58,683 nt of DNA from Enterococcus phage AS-M1_NWU. Made by a program: the position numbers and the translations under genes. The first letter of the stretch is position 1, and each line of letters starts with the position of its first letter. Location of the stretch: the sequence record OR506460.1, one strand, 5' to 3'. A model generated the notes under the pieces. It did not search any database, was not told the DNA's origin, and saw only the letters and a program-made list of their open reading frames with translations. Shown piece after piece: positions 49,945 through 58,683 of this stretch.

Positions 49945-51977
49945 TAATCTTTACGGTAAAAATACCCCTCCCACCCTGCTGCTCCTAATGGTAGTCCCGG
50001 CGCCCACGGTATCGGTGCTGCCATACAATCAATGAGGTCGTCTAACCCTAACAGGTCATCTTCGTCGACTTCCGTTATGATTTCATCGTGAACGTGGAAT
50101 ACAATATCGAACCCCATTTTTTCCGCATTAAACATGCCGTTTACTAGGACATCTCTTGCTATGGCTTGAACGATATTCTCAATCAATTTCCCGCCGTGCG
50201 TGGTTTGAACACCCCACCCGCCTTGATCTTTTTTACCCTCGTACATTATTTCTTGACGAGTGTACGTCTCACCTCTGCGGTTCTTGTAGGTGTTTGTTAC
50301 TAAGCGTGGACGGTAGTAATAAAGTTTTCTCCCCGATGGCAACTTTATCCATAAGAACGGTTTTTTAAACCCGAATACTAACGATCTCCATCTGGTTGTC
50401 TTGTGCGTCTTAATGGTGGTTTTTACGCAATCTTCAAGTTTATACCAACCGTCAACAATCTCAGGGCACAACTCTCGGAATGCGTCTACCGAAGCGTGAG
50501 CCTCCTCCTGTGTTAGCATGACTCCCATATTTTCACCGTAACCCCAAAGTCCGGTTTTCTTACCGTCAATAAGTTCGCCACCGCCTAGTCGATATCCGCA
50601 ACCTAGTGTGGCCGGTTTTGCCTTTCCTCGGAATGGGAGGGTGTCTTCGTAAGGAATTTTTAGCCATGCTGATGCGAATGCGCGATATAGGTCTTTTTTA
50701 GCCCGCAAGGTATCTAGGAACCACTTACAGCCGGTAAGCCAACCTATTACTACCGATTCAATTGATGACAAGTCCGCTACAACGAAGCGACGACCTACCG
50801 TTGGGATTAGTGCTGATCGTAGTAGCCCCGGCAACATATCCATGGGTTCGCCAGCAAAAACATTCAACGCCCACATGTCTTGGTCGAGAACTAGCTTCTT
50901 CGCGATTTCCGTAGCTTCAACGTCTTCAAGTATCTTCGGTGTTCTTACGAAGTTGTGAGTTTGTAAGCCACGCCCGGCGAATCGTCCGGTTCGAGAACCC
51001 CCGTAGCATTGAATTGTACCGCGTACCCTACCATCGTCATTTTCGATATCTAACATTTTGTTGTATTTCTTTAGCGACGTTTTGTTAGATTTACGACGAA
51101 GTTTAAGTACGCGACATGCTTTTTCCGTGATCCCATTGTCCGGATACTCGTTTATGACTTTTTTCACTGTGTCAGCTAATAGGTCATTGAACGGGTATCC
51201 CTCTTGTTGTAGCCACGCTAGAAGTTGTTTCTGAGACCCGGGATTGGCTAACCCTGTAAGTTCTCGCATTTCATCGATAATCTGTGGCTTGCGTGTCTCG
51301 GCCATTTTTATTGCTGCTTCGATGAAGTCGTTATCGATATTTATTCCGCGGTCATTAATTTTCTGGTCTAACGCGTAAACTTCCCACTCAAATTCGATCA
51401 TGTCATACTTGATGTTACTCAGACGGCGATCGATATTTTCTTCGGCTATCACGTCTTGTCGGCAATAGGCTCCGAATGCTTCCCATTCTTCCGGGTGTGA
51501 TTCCGCATCGTGTCTTGTACTTTTGTCGAGTTTAGTTGGCTTTCTTGGTTTACAAAATTTCTGAATTAGGCGTTTACCTGCTGCGTCTTTTGCTTTATCC
51601 CCTTTAAAACCTAGAGCCTTACCAACCATGTCTAACCCGCCGGTAAAACCTCGGTGGTACGCAGCCACCATCGTACAACGCCAGACGTCATACGGTGTGT
51701 CGATACCTAGGACGTGTTTAGTGATCAACCGCTCAAACTGCGCGTTGAATGCCCGTTTTATGATGTTATCGTCGCGCAAATATCCCTTTAACTCGTCTAA
51801 ATCTTCTTCGGGCATTGTGTTGTCCCAAAAACCGATTTCGTCCGAGTCAGTAAACTTCCACGCTACCATTAGAATTTCAGTAGACGGGTGCTGTGCGTAC
51901 TTGTGACCGCCTACTTTCTTTATGTCTAGTTCGCTATATGTTTCATAGTCAAAAATTAACGTTCTTTTCGATTCCAC
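49944..51977 (-). CDS. DNA polymerase, family A (phage PolI-like, no obvious 5'-3' exo)
   Basis: 677 aa; motif B RGKAKPATLGCGYRLG, motif C VHDEII; N-terminal 3'-5' exo-like region. Confidence 0.8.
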   Translation of the reverse strand: MESKRTLIFDYETYSELDIKKVGGHKYAQHPSTEILMVAWKFTDSDEIGFWDNTMPEEDLDELKGYLRDDNIIKRAFNAQFERLITKHVLGIDTPYDVWRCTMVAAYHRGFTGGLDMVGKALGFKGDKAKDAAGKRLIQKFCKPRKPTKLDKSTRHDAESHPEEWEAFGAYCRQDVIAEENIDRRLSNIKYDMIEFEWEVYALDQKINDRGINIDNDFIEAAIKMAETRKPQIIDEMRELTGLANPGSQKQLLAWLQQEGYPFNDLLADTVKKVINEYPDNGITEKACRVLKLRRKSNKTSLKKYNKMLDIENDDGRVRGTIQCYGGSRTGRFAGRGLQTHNFVRTPKILEDVEATEIAKKLVLDQDMWALNVFAGEPMDMLPGLLRSALIPTVGRRFVVADLSSIESVVIGWLTGCKWFLDTLRAKKDLYRAFASAWLKIPYEDTLPFRGKAKPATLGCGYRLGGGELIDGKKTGLWGYGENMGVMLTQEEAHASVDAFRELCPEIVDGWYKLEDCVKTTIKTHKTTRWRSLVFGFKKPFLWIKLPSGRKLYYYRPRLVTNTYKNRRGETYTRQEIMYEGKKDQGGWGVQTTHGGKLIENIVQAIARDVLVNGMFNAEKMGFDIVFHVHDEIITEVDEDDLLGLDDLIDCMAAPIPWAPGLPLGAAGWEGYFYRKD

Positions 51978-52041
51978 GGTCTGCTATCTCCTCAATACAA
52001 AAAAGGCCCCTATTACGGAGCCTTGAACGGGGCGAACCCCT

Positions 52042-52644
52042 TTAGATGTCGTCTTCGTCTTCACCCCATTCGTCTTCGTCGTCCCACGCTTCGGAATCAT
52101 CGATTCTTTCAGCACCGAACGGCTCGCCGTCTTTGATGAATTTGATTGAACGGAGGTTAGCGTTAACTCGTTTTCCGTATTTGTTATCTTGAACCCAAAG
52201 ACCAATCAAGGCACTAACATAGCAACCGCCGTATAGGATTTCTTCAATATCGTCTACGTCGATTTCTTCTTTGTCAGCATCTCGACAAACCGGACGTTTC
52301 TTTTCTCGGGCGGAGATAACAAACATATTTTCACATTCGGGCTTATCCGAAAATTCTTCGTCGCCATCTTTGATGAAATACTTCGATGATGGGACTTTCA
52401 CTTTCGCGTTTTTCGCTGTTTTCGCTGCTAAATCTTTTAAGACTTCGGCTGTTTCAGAATGAATGTCCTTGTCTAATAAGAATGTAGCACCGAACTTTTT
52501 ACTGCCGTCATCACCCTCTTGTGGTGTTGCTAAGTGAGGGTATGACAAGCGAACGTTATCAATTCGGACGTGTCCGTCTTCATAGATTACCGCTACTGTT
52601 TTACCTTCATGTTTAATACGTTTTACTGGTTTAAGTTTTGCCAT
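52042..52644 (-). CDS. DUF2815-like ssDNA-binding protein
   Basis: 200 aa; acidic C-terminal tail DDEDEWGEDEDDI; between DUF2800 and PolA as in known phage replication modules. Confidence 0.5.
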   Translation of the reverse strand: MAKLKPVKRIKHEGKTVAVIYEDGHVRIDNVRLSYPHLATPQEGDDGSKKFGATFLLDKDIHSETAEVLKDLAAKTAKNAKVKVPSSKYFIKDGDEEFSDKPECENMFVISAREKKRPVCRDADKEEIDVDDIEEILYGGCYVSALIGLWVQDNKYGKRVNANLRSIKFIKDGEPFGAERIDDSEAWDDEDEWGEDEDDI

Positions 52645-52675
52645 TTTCCGGTTTACCTATTTATCGATTTTCGGT

Positions 52676-54040
52676 TTAATCGTCCCAAACTTCTTGATAC
52701 TTCTCGTTTAGGTCTTTTCGTGGGTCGTCCTCTGTAACTAACGTCGGTTCGCCCGGTTTTGTAAAAGTCAGGTCAGACAAGATGCTTTTAACAACCTCTT
52801 TATCATAACCTAGCTTTTTCAATAGTGTTTCGGCCTGTTTCGGGGATATCATCTTTGTGGGGTTTATTTGACTTTCGTCTAGCCCTACAAATTCTAGTTC
52901 TTCCGTGGCCGTGGACTCCTCTACAAACTGCCGAGTCCCTCTTTTCGCTACCATCTTCAAGCCTTTTATCGGCTTACCCTCCATGATCCGTTTTGATGCT
53001 GCTTTCTCAACATCTTTGAACCACTTCTCTATCGGCTTGCGATGTGGGTATATTAACGAAATTTCCTCCCATGTCAATAGGGAAGTCTCTTTTAATTGTA
53101 AATTTAGTTCTTCTCTGAGGAGATCTTTTATACTTGCCATGTCGTCCGCCGAGTATCCGAATGGGTTGGGGCTATATCTACCGTTCTTGATATCTAGTAT
53201 TCTTGCGAAGTTAGCCGGGCATTTATAGGATATCTTACACCACTCGCAAGCCTTTTCACTTGGGTAACGTAGTGCGTTCATGCTCCACGCTTCTTTTGTG
53301 GCTTTCTTCACTCGCTCCCCGAAAGCGATGATCTCAGCACGGGTCATCTTAAACCGGCCAAAATTATATTTTCTCGGTTGGCAGATACGGATCTCTATAT
53401 CTTCGAAGTGATACTTTTCGTCGAACTCTCTAAAGAACCCGTATGCGTACAATTTCAATTGAGTATTATCGTCAGTAGAAACGTGAATGAATTGTCCGTA
53501 CTTCAAATCGGTTATGACTAATTTACCGGGTTGACATACCGCGTGGTCACAAGTCCCGCCTTGTCGGATAAACTTAATTGGGCTTTCATCTTCCCCGTTT
53601 AATTCGTCTGCGTCCGGGTTGGCGATCGGCATTAAGTCCGTGAACCATACTTTTGTTTCTACAAACTGGTCGCCTTTGGTCTCTCCACACATATTAATGT
53701 ATTCTTGAAGATACTCGAACATTTCGTTGTCGACCGGGATCTCGAATCGATTTCCGTTCTCCTCATGGATCTGAATTGTATTTAATAAGTGGTCGGGCCT
53801 GTTACCTGTTCTCAACCACTCCTCCGCAATAGCGTGGGCAACTGTACCCTCGGCTGCCTCGAACCCGGCTGAGTCTTCCTCCAAGATGCTAGGTATTAGC
53901 GATCCGGGACAATTCATCCAAGTTGCGGAGTATGACGGTGCGAATATTGAATGCCCGTCGTTTTCGCACGCCAACATCAGCCTATGTAAAAATGATTTAT
54001 CCATACTACCTCTAATACAAAAAAGGGACTGCCTTAGCAA
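52676..54040 (-). CDS. DUF2800-like PD-(D/E)XK (Cas4/RecB-like) nuclease
   Basis: 454 aa; C-terminal Cys triad CEWC...C; conserved synteny with DUF2815/PolA. Confidence 0.5.
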   Translation of the reverse strand: MLRQSLFCIRGSMDKSFLHRLMLACENDGHSIFAPSYSATWMNCPGSLIPSILEEDSAGFEAAEGTVAHAIAEEWLRTGNRPDHLLNTIQIHEENGNRFEIPVDNEMFEYLQEYINMCGETKGDQFVETKVWFTDLMPIANPDADELNGEDESPIKFIRQGGTCDHAVCQPGKLVITDLKYGQFIHVSTDDNTQLKLYAYGFFREFDEKYHFEDIEIRICQPRKYNFGRFKMTRAEIIAFGERVKKATKEAWSMNALRYPSEKACEWCKISYKCPANFARILDIKNGRYSPNPFGYSADDMASIKDLLREELNLQLKETSLLTWEEISLIYPHRKPIEKWFKDVEKAASKRIMEGKPIKGLKMVAKRGTRQFVEESTATEELEFVGLDESQINPTKMISPKQAETLLKKLGYDKEVVKSILSDLTFTKPGEPTLVTEDDPRKDLNEKYQEVWDD

Positions 54041-54064
54041 TCCCTCTCATTCTGTTAGTTTATA

Positions 54065-54547
54065 TTACAGATCATCGTCATCGTCTGAGGCATCATCTGA
54101 TTCGCCGTTAAGCGATGCTTCACACGCTTGGAAAACAGCTTCATATTTATCTTCTGGGATCTGGCCCATCTTCTCAACACCGCCGACTTCATTGATAATG
54201 CGAACCGCTTCATCTTTGTCAATATCAGCTCGAACTTTGCGAAGCGCTTCGGTAATGTCTGATTTAGTGTATTTAGGTTTATCCGCCGGCTTGTCAGCTT
54301 GTTTTTCAGATTTTTTAGAATTAGATTTTTTATCCGCTTTCTTTTCTTCTGTCTTAGTCTCAGACTTGCTTTCTTCTTTAGTTTCAGATTTGCTTTCAGC
54401 TTTATCTTCGGCCTTAGTTTCAGTTTTACCTGATGCTACGCCGTTTGCTACTAACGCTTCGATGTTTCCGTTTAACTTCTCGATATTCTCGTTTAAAGTT
54501 GCGAAGCTAGCTAATAACATTTCTAAAACGCCGTTTTGTTGTGACAT
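54065..54547 (-). CDS. acidic K/E/T-repeat protein with DDDDDL C-terminus
   Basis: 160 aa; low complexity KTETKAEDKAESKSETKEESKSETKTEEK; first gene of the leftward replication operon. Confidence 0.45.
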   Translation of the reverse strand: MSQQNGVLEMLLASFATLNENIEKLNGNIEALVANGVASGKTETKAEDKAESKSETKEESKSETKTEEKKADKKSNSKKSEKQADKPADKPKYTKSDITEALRKVRADIDKDEAVRIINEVGGVEKMGQIPEDKYEAVFQACEASLNGESDDASDDDDDL

Positions 54548-54597
54548 AATTCAAATTCCTTAATTAGTTGACTGGATTGTCTCGTTTCGACACGGCC

Positions 54598-54626
54598 TAT
54601 AATACTCGTTATGAAATCCCTGTCAA
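54598..54626 (-). promoter_or_regulatory. promoter for leftward replication/late operon
   Basis: minus-strand TTGACA gggatttcataacgag TATTAT; RBS aagga before ATG 54547. Confidence 0.45.
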
Positions 54627-54820
54627 CACCTTTTTGACGAAATTTTTATATCGGGTATCCACCTCAATGTTAGGCCACCCGAAAAGTTTCATTGCCGGTA
54701 AGATGTTTATCGCCTTTTAGGTGATACTTTTATCCTCTCAACTGATATCGCTCTCAGGTGGCCGTAGATTTAAGTCCGTTCACGTATTGACTTTCTGTTT
54801 TAAGTGGAATATCCCGCGCG

Positions 54821-54850
54821 TTGACTTATCTATAATTCTTGCGGTATTAT
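54821..54850 (+). promoter_or_regulatory. candidate promoter for primase operon (TTGACT-N18-TATTAT)
   Basis: by-eye match; second TTGACT at 54787. Confidence 0.3.
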
Positions 54851-54899
54851 CTGCGTCTACCCTCGGGTTAGATTTATCACAACTAAGGAGCAAGTATTT

Positions 54900-55184
54900 A
54901 TGAAAGAGAGTAATTTCCCATCGTGGGCGAAGAACAATAAAACGGGTCGACTTAAATTCATGATCCGGCATTTAGCCAGTTTCGCTTCGGAGGAGGGCCA
55001 CCTAGTTTTCCTGTGCCGAGACGCTAAACTGTCGGTTCGTGGTGTCTCACAAGCCATCGATCGAGGAGAATTCACCTTTCAAATGGCGGATAAACTCGTT
55101 AAGGCTGCAAGCGTTGCTGGAAACCCGGACGTCACAGTTATGAACTTATTAAAACCTATGGAATCATTTAAAGAGGACAAATAA
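54900..55184 (+). CDS. hypothetical small protein upstream of primase
   Basis: 94 aa, ATGA-coupled to primase. Confidence 0.45.
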   Translation: MKESNFPSWAKNNKTGRLKFMIRHLASFASEEGHLVFLCRDAKLSVRGVSQAIDRGEFTFQMADKLVKAASVAGNPDVTVMNLLKPMESFKEDK

Positions 55185-57859
55185 TGTCTAACGTTTTCAA
55201 ATCTCGTGGCCCTGAACTTTTCGACAATGGATACGAAGTCGTACCTATTACTCGTATCGACGCAACTGACAGCAAAGGGAAATTATTGTCTGGCGCGGGT
55301 AAAGCCCCGGCGTTAAAAGGGTGGCAGAAAATAGAGATCACTTCTGACATCGTTAATGAATGGGCGACGGGTAGTCGCTCTCGCTGTGGTGTGGGTATTC
55401 GTACCCACCGTAACCCTGCTGTCGATATCGACTGTTTAGACGCCGAAGCGTCCGAACACATGACGGCTTTCGTTGAGTCGGAAGTGGGCTTTGCTCCTAT
55501 CCGTGTTGGGCGTGAACCTAAAGCGCTACTTCTCTATTATACAGAACGTCCTTTCACAAAAGTAAAATCAACCATCTTCGTTGATGAAAACGGGAATGAA
55601 AACGCTGTCGAGATATTAGGAAGCGGGCAACAATTCGTTGCTTACGGTATCCACCCGGGAACTAAGAAACCGTATAAATGGGTTACTAAAGGCGAGTCGC
55701 CTGCGGAAAACCAAGCGGATTTTGACCTAGAAGAAATAACACTAGAAGACGCGAGAAAAATTATTGCGGAATTCGACCGGTATGCGAAAGAGCGCGGTTG
55801 GAAACCTTTAAAAAGTAAAAGCGGTACGGTCATCAAGCCATCTATGGGTTACTACTTAGATGCTCCGGAAGAACTATCAGACTGGTCGGACGAGCCAGAC
55901 TTTGACGATGATGAAGACGATTGGGTCACTACTGATGATATCACCGATAAATGGGACGGGACTTACGAAGAACTTTACGAGATCTTCGAAAACGATATCG
56001 AGCCATCTTACGATTATCATACTTGGATTCCTGTTCTGGCTGCACTTAAAGACGCCGAACGTGAGCCGGACGAGTTTAAAGAGATCGCGAGAATGTGGTC
56101 TGCTCGGGCCGAGGGGTCTTTCGATAATGATGCCTTTGAAGATAAATGGGAAAACGGTAATTTCAATCGTGTTGGTAAATACGCTAAGACATTACGAGGA
56201 GTAATTGCCGAAGCGGAAAAGATCCAAGGCGTTCGCGAAATTGAAGACGTAGTTATACCTTTATTCGAAAAAGCTACGGACTTGGCCGAGTGGACTTTAG
56301 CTGCCGACCGCCTACGTGAAACGTGGGCTTTCGGTTTAGAAAGAGAGACGGCCATAAACATTGCTTGCGAAAAGTATAAGAAAGTCACTAACGGGTTAAA
56401 ACTTACGGACGTTCAAAAGAAACGATATCTTAGTATCGATTACTCTCTTTTTGATGCGCCGGAGTGGTTAGCACCTTGGGTTTATTGTACTACGGATAAC
56501 GAGTTTATTAACTTAGACAATAGAACCAGAATGAACCCTAAATCTTTCGCGAATGCCTATAACCGAGAAACTGTGAAGAAATTCGGGGTAGCTGCGGACG
56601 TTTTCGCCACGGTTGAACGGCCGGTTCCGGTTATCCACGATACGATGTATTACCCGTTGATGCACGGTGAGATGCCTAAGAACAAATGGAAGCGAGTTCC
56701 GGGTATTAATGACAAGCGTGTTTTCGAATACAACGGTTTGACGTTCTTAAATACCTTTGACCATCGTTCCATGCCTGAGACAGCTACTAAAATTTCGACC
56801 GCCGGATACAAGGCGATCGGGGAGGTAAAACGATACTTCGAAATACAGTATCCAGACCCGGACGAACGAAGACATGCGATGGACTGGATCGCGTGGGTTA
56901 TCAATAACCCTGTTAGAAAGATTAACTATATGCTTCTCGTTCTTGGTGGTCAGGGTTCCGGTAAAACCATCGTTAAGAAATTTATGGAACACATGCTCGG
57001 TTCTGATAACGTTTCTACGATTTCGAATAAGGTTATCCATGGTAATTTTACCGGGTGGCAGTCTGGCCACATGCTAAAAGTTATTGAGGAAATATCGGTG
57101 AGTGGTCATCGCTACGACGTTATGAACTCATTGAAAGAGCCGATATCGAATGAAACGTTACAGATCGAAGCGAAGTACCGTGACCCGCGCCAGTGTGTGA
57201 ATACTTCGTCGTATATGGCATTTACCAATGATGTTGGTGCTTTGCCTCTTACATCAAGTGACCGTCGCTTCTTGTTAGTTCGTAGTGCGTTCCAGCATAA
57301 GCGTGAAGTCACGGAATACCTACGGAAAGACCCTAATTACTTTAAACGGTTTGAGAAAGCCTTTACTAAACACGCACCGGAGATCCGCAAATGGTTTAGC
57401 GAGTGGGAGTATTCCGAGGGCTTCAAACACGATGGTAACGCTCCTGAAACGGTGAGTATGGGAAGCATGTCTTTAGCGTCAGAAGACGATTTCACCTCCG
57501 TAGTAATGGGGGCCGTAGATGATTGTGAGAAAGAGTTAGAATTTACATCGGGGATCACAGACGAAGTAATTTTCATTCCATCGGCAGTAGATTTAGTCCG
57601 AGATAGGTCTAAGGTTCCTAACGGGAAAATAATATATCGCATACTCGCTGAATATGGTTTCTTCCGGCCTGTGGATTCTCGTACACAAATAAGATTTAAT
57701 GACGTAAGAGGACAAGTTGTTGTCGCGAATAGACATAAATGGCTCTATCCTGATGGGAGTGTCAACGTAGATAAGATTAAAGAGCATTTAGAGGAGAACG
57801 AACGCCGGGTAGAAGAACAAGAAAGCAAGAGAGAGTTAGAGGAAACTGACGTTTTCTAA
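55184..57859 (+). CDS. primase-polymerase (prim-pol N-terminal domain) fused to D5/P4-type helicase
   Basis: 891 aa; N-terminal bifunctional prim-pol-like region; Walker A LVLGGQGSGKT and Walker B-like region. Confidence 0.7.
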   Translation: MSNVFKSRGPELFDNGYEVVPITRIDATDSKGKLLSGAGKAPALKGWQKIEITSDIVNEWATGSRSRCGVGIRTHRNPAVDIDCLDAEASEHMTAFVESEVGFAPIRVGREPKALLLYYTERPFTKVKSTIFVDENGNENAVEILGSGQQFVAYGIHPGTKKPYKWVTKGESPAENQADFDLEEITLEDARKIIAEFDRYAKERGWKPLKSKSGTVIKPSMGYYLDAPEELSDWSDEPDFDDDEDDWVTTDDITDKWDGTYEELYEIFENDIEPSYDYHTWIPVLAALKDAEREPDEFKEIARMWSARAEGSFDNDAFEDKWENGNFNRVGKYAKTLRGVIAEAEKIQGVREIEDVVIPLFEKATDLAEWTLAADRLRETWAFGLERETAINIACEKYKKVTNGLKLTDVQKKRYLSIDYSLFDAPEWLAPWVYCTTDNEFINLDNRTRMNPKSFANAYNRETVKKFGVAADVFATVERPVPVIHDTMYYPLMHGEMPKNKWKRVPGINDKRVFEYNGLTFLNTFDHRSMPETATKISTAGYKAIGEVKRYFEIQYPDPDERRHAMDWIAWVINNPVRKINYMLLVLGGQGSGKTIVKKFMEHMLGSDNVSTISNKVIHGNFTGWQSGHMLKVIEEISVSGHRYDVMNSLKEPISNETLQIEAKYRDPRQCVNTSSYMAFTNDVGALPLTSSDRRFLLVRSAFQHKREVTEYLRKDPNYFKRFEKAFTKHAPEIRKWFSEWEYSEGFKHDGNAPETVSMGSMSLASEDDFTSVVMGAVDDCEKELEFTSGITDEVIFIPSAVDLVRDRSKVPNGKIIYRILAEYGFFRPVDSRTQIRFNDVRGQVVVANRHKWLYPDGSVNVDKIKEHLEENERRVEEQESKRELEETDVF

Positions 57860-57883
57860 AATATCGCGATTTTCGGTTTAAAG

Positions 57884-57910
57884 AGGTCACATTACGTGGC
57901 CTTTTTTTAT
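57884..57910 (+). terminator. intrinsic terminator after primase gene
   Basis: GGUCAC-auuac-GUGGCC (one G-U) followed by UUUUUUUAUU. Confidence 0.5.
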
Positions 57911-57959
57911 TGCCCGAAAAACGACGCTCCCGATCGGGAATGCACGTTTGGTCAAAAAA

Positions 57960-58110
57960 TGAGCGTACAAAATTTATACAGAAAAACGTTCAATATTTAA
58001 CCGATTTTCGGGTGTTCGGATTTTTTGAGTGAATTTCCAAATTTTCATTTTTCCATTTTTTGGTCGAAAAATGCCGAAAATGCTGTACAAATTTTATACA
58101 GGGTTTTTTG
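57960..58110. repeat. repeated imperfect palindromes tgtacaaa(a)tttatacag (x2) plus related half-sites
   Basis: 57965..57983 and 58087..58104; third partial at ~58190. Confidence 0.5.
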
Positions 58111-58626
58111 ACACAAAGTGTGTCGGACATGTGTTCCGACGTGTGCGTGCCAGTTAACGTGTTGATTTCCTTAGAAACGCATTTTTTATACTGTACAAAA
58201 ATCACCCAACACACATGATCGAATTACCTTTATATAGCTTATATATATATTTTTCTATTTTTCCTTTCCTATCTATTTTTTCTTTCTTCTGGAATTTCTA
58301 TTTTATTACCTATTACTGTGTTTGCTGTGTCAGAAAGAAAGTAATATAGTAAAAACAATAGCTTACCTTGGAACACTTATTGGAACATCAACTGGCACAG
58401 CAATTTCCTGTGACACACCGCCAACCATGGTAATACCTAAAACCGCGTATAACTGTTTGATATCGATAGGGAATCTCCTAAAATGCCGGGCATTAGGGTA
58501 AACCCTCGCTCCTATTCCACTAGCTACGCTAGACCGGAAGTAAGTTAATTAAATCAATGGTTTACGACGAGGGGCTATGGCAGATCCCGGACAAATTTCA
58601 GGAAGACGGCTCTGCGCCCCGCCCAA

Positions 58627-58677
58627 CCGGACAACTCGTCCAAGTACCTTTTTCGATTTAAAAGTGATTCTTCTCTG
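58627..58677. repeat. Right copy of 51-bp direct repeat
   Basis: identical to 1..51. Confidence 0.9.
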
Positions 58678-58683
58678 TAGCGC

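Noticed and set aside
57990-58214. 74-aa minus ORF
   Set aside because: It falls in the AT-rich repeat-laden non-coding region. It is K/N-rich low complexity and is probably regulatory DNA.
58400-58620. Looked for a tRNA or small RNA gene near the junction
   Set aside because: I could not fold a convincing cloverleaf by eye (no acceptor/T-arm pairing). tRNAscan would be needed. No tRNA is claimed.
1-58683. Integrase, excisionase or repressor (temperate lifestyle), CRISPR arrays, DGR reverse transcriptase
   Set aside because: I saw no tyrosine or serine recombinase motifs, no repeat-spacer arrays and no RT motifs in any frame. Lifestyle cannot be decided from the sequence alone.

Overview
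The window looks like one complete tailed-phage genome of about 58.6 kb, lambda-like in its head and tail genes. A perfect 51-bp direct repeat sits at both window ends (1..51 and 58627..58677). I found no integrase, transposase, tRNA, CRISPR array or reverse transcriptase.

Layout:
(a) A ~1.4-kb non-coding region wraps around the window ends (57860..58683 plus 1..642). It contains CACCC iterons, a G-rich tract, TGTACA-type palindromes and a pyrimidine/AT-rich tract.
(b) A leftward early block (643..7803, minus strand) of small unknown proteins. Four near-identical copies of a ~110-bp promoter/leader cassette (TTGACACC-N17-TATATT) precede its genes, two of them with an upstream terminator hairpin.
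(c) A divergent control region (7870..8250) with three ~25-bp direct repeats.
(d) A rightward early/middle operon (8275..16909, plus strand). It includes an RdgC-like protein, a phage-type Dam N6-adenine methyltransferase (NPPY motif), a DUF4406/nucleoside-deoxyribosyltransferase-like protein, and further unknowns.
(e) A long leftward late block (17005..54547). From high to low coordinates it encodes an acidic protein, a DUF2800-like PD-(D/E)XK nuclease, a DUF2815-like SSB, a family-A DNA polymerase, a VRR-NUC protein, an SNF2 helicase, TerS, a gpA-like TerL, gpW, a gpB-like portal, a gpC-like S49 protease/scaffold, gpD-like decoration, a gpE-like capsid, four connector proteins, a gpV-like tail tube with Ig domain, a G/GT chaperone with a -1 frameshift extension, a 1445-aa tape measure, minor tail proteins (one gpL-like with a Cys cluster), a 1215-aa J-like central fiber, a 247-aa protein, three tandem divergent paralogs (306/329/338 aa), two large fibre proteins, and a lysis cassette (holin-like, putative endolysin, overlapping i-/o-spanins).
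(f) A rightward primase-polymerase/D5-helicase gene (55184..57859) with its own promoter and terminator.

The items I would look at first are the triple tandem paralog array, the frame-overlapping Pro/Asp-rich ORF at the J C-terminus, the repeated early promoter cassettes driving unknown (possibly anti-defence) genes, and the possible Mom-like/Dam/DUF4406 DNA-modification set. All functional calls come from motif recognition by eye and need HMM or BLAST confirmation.
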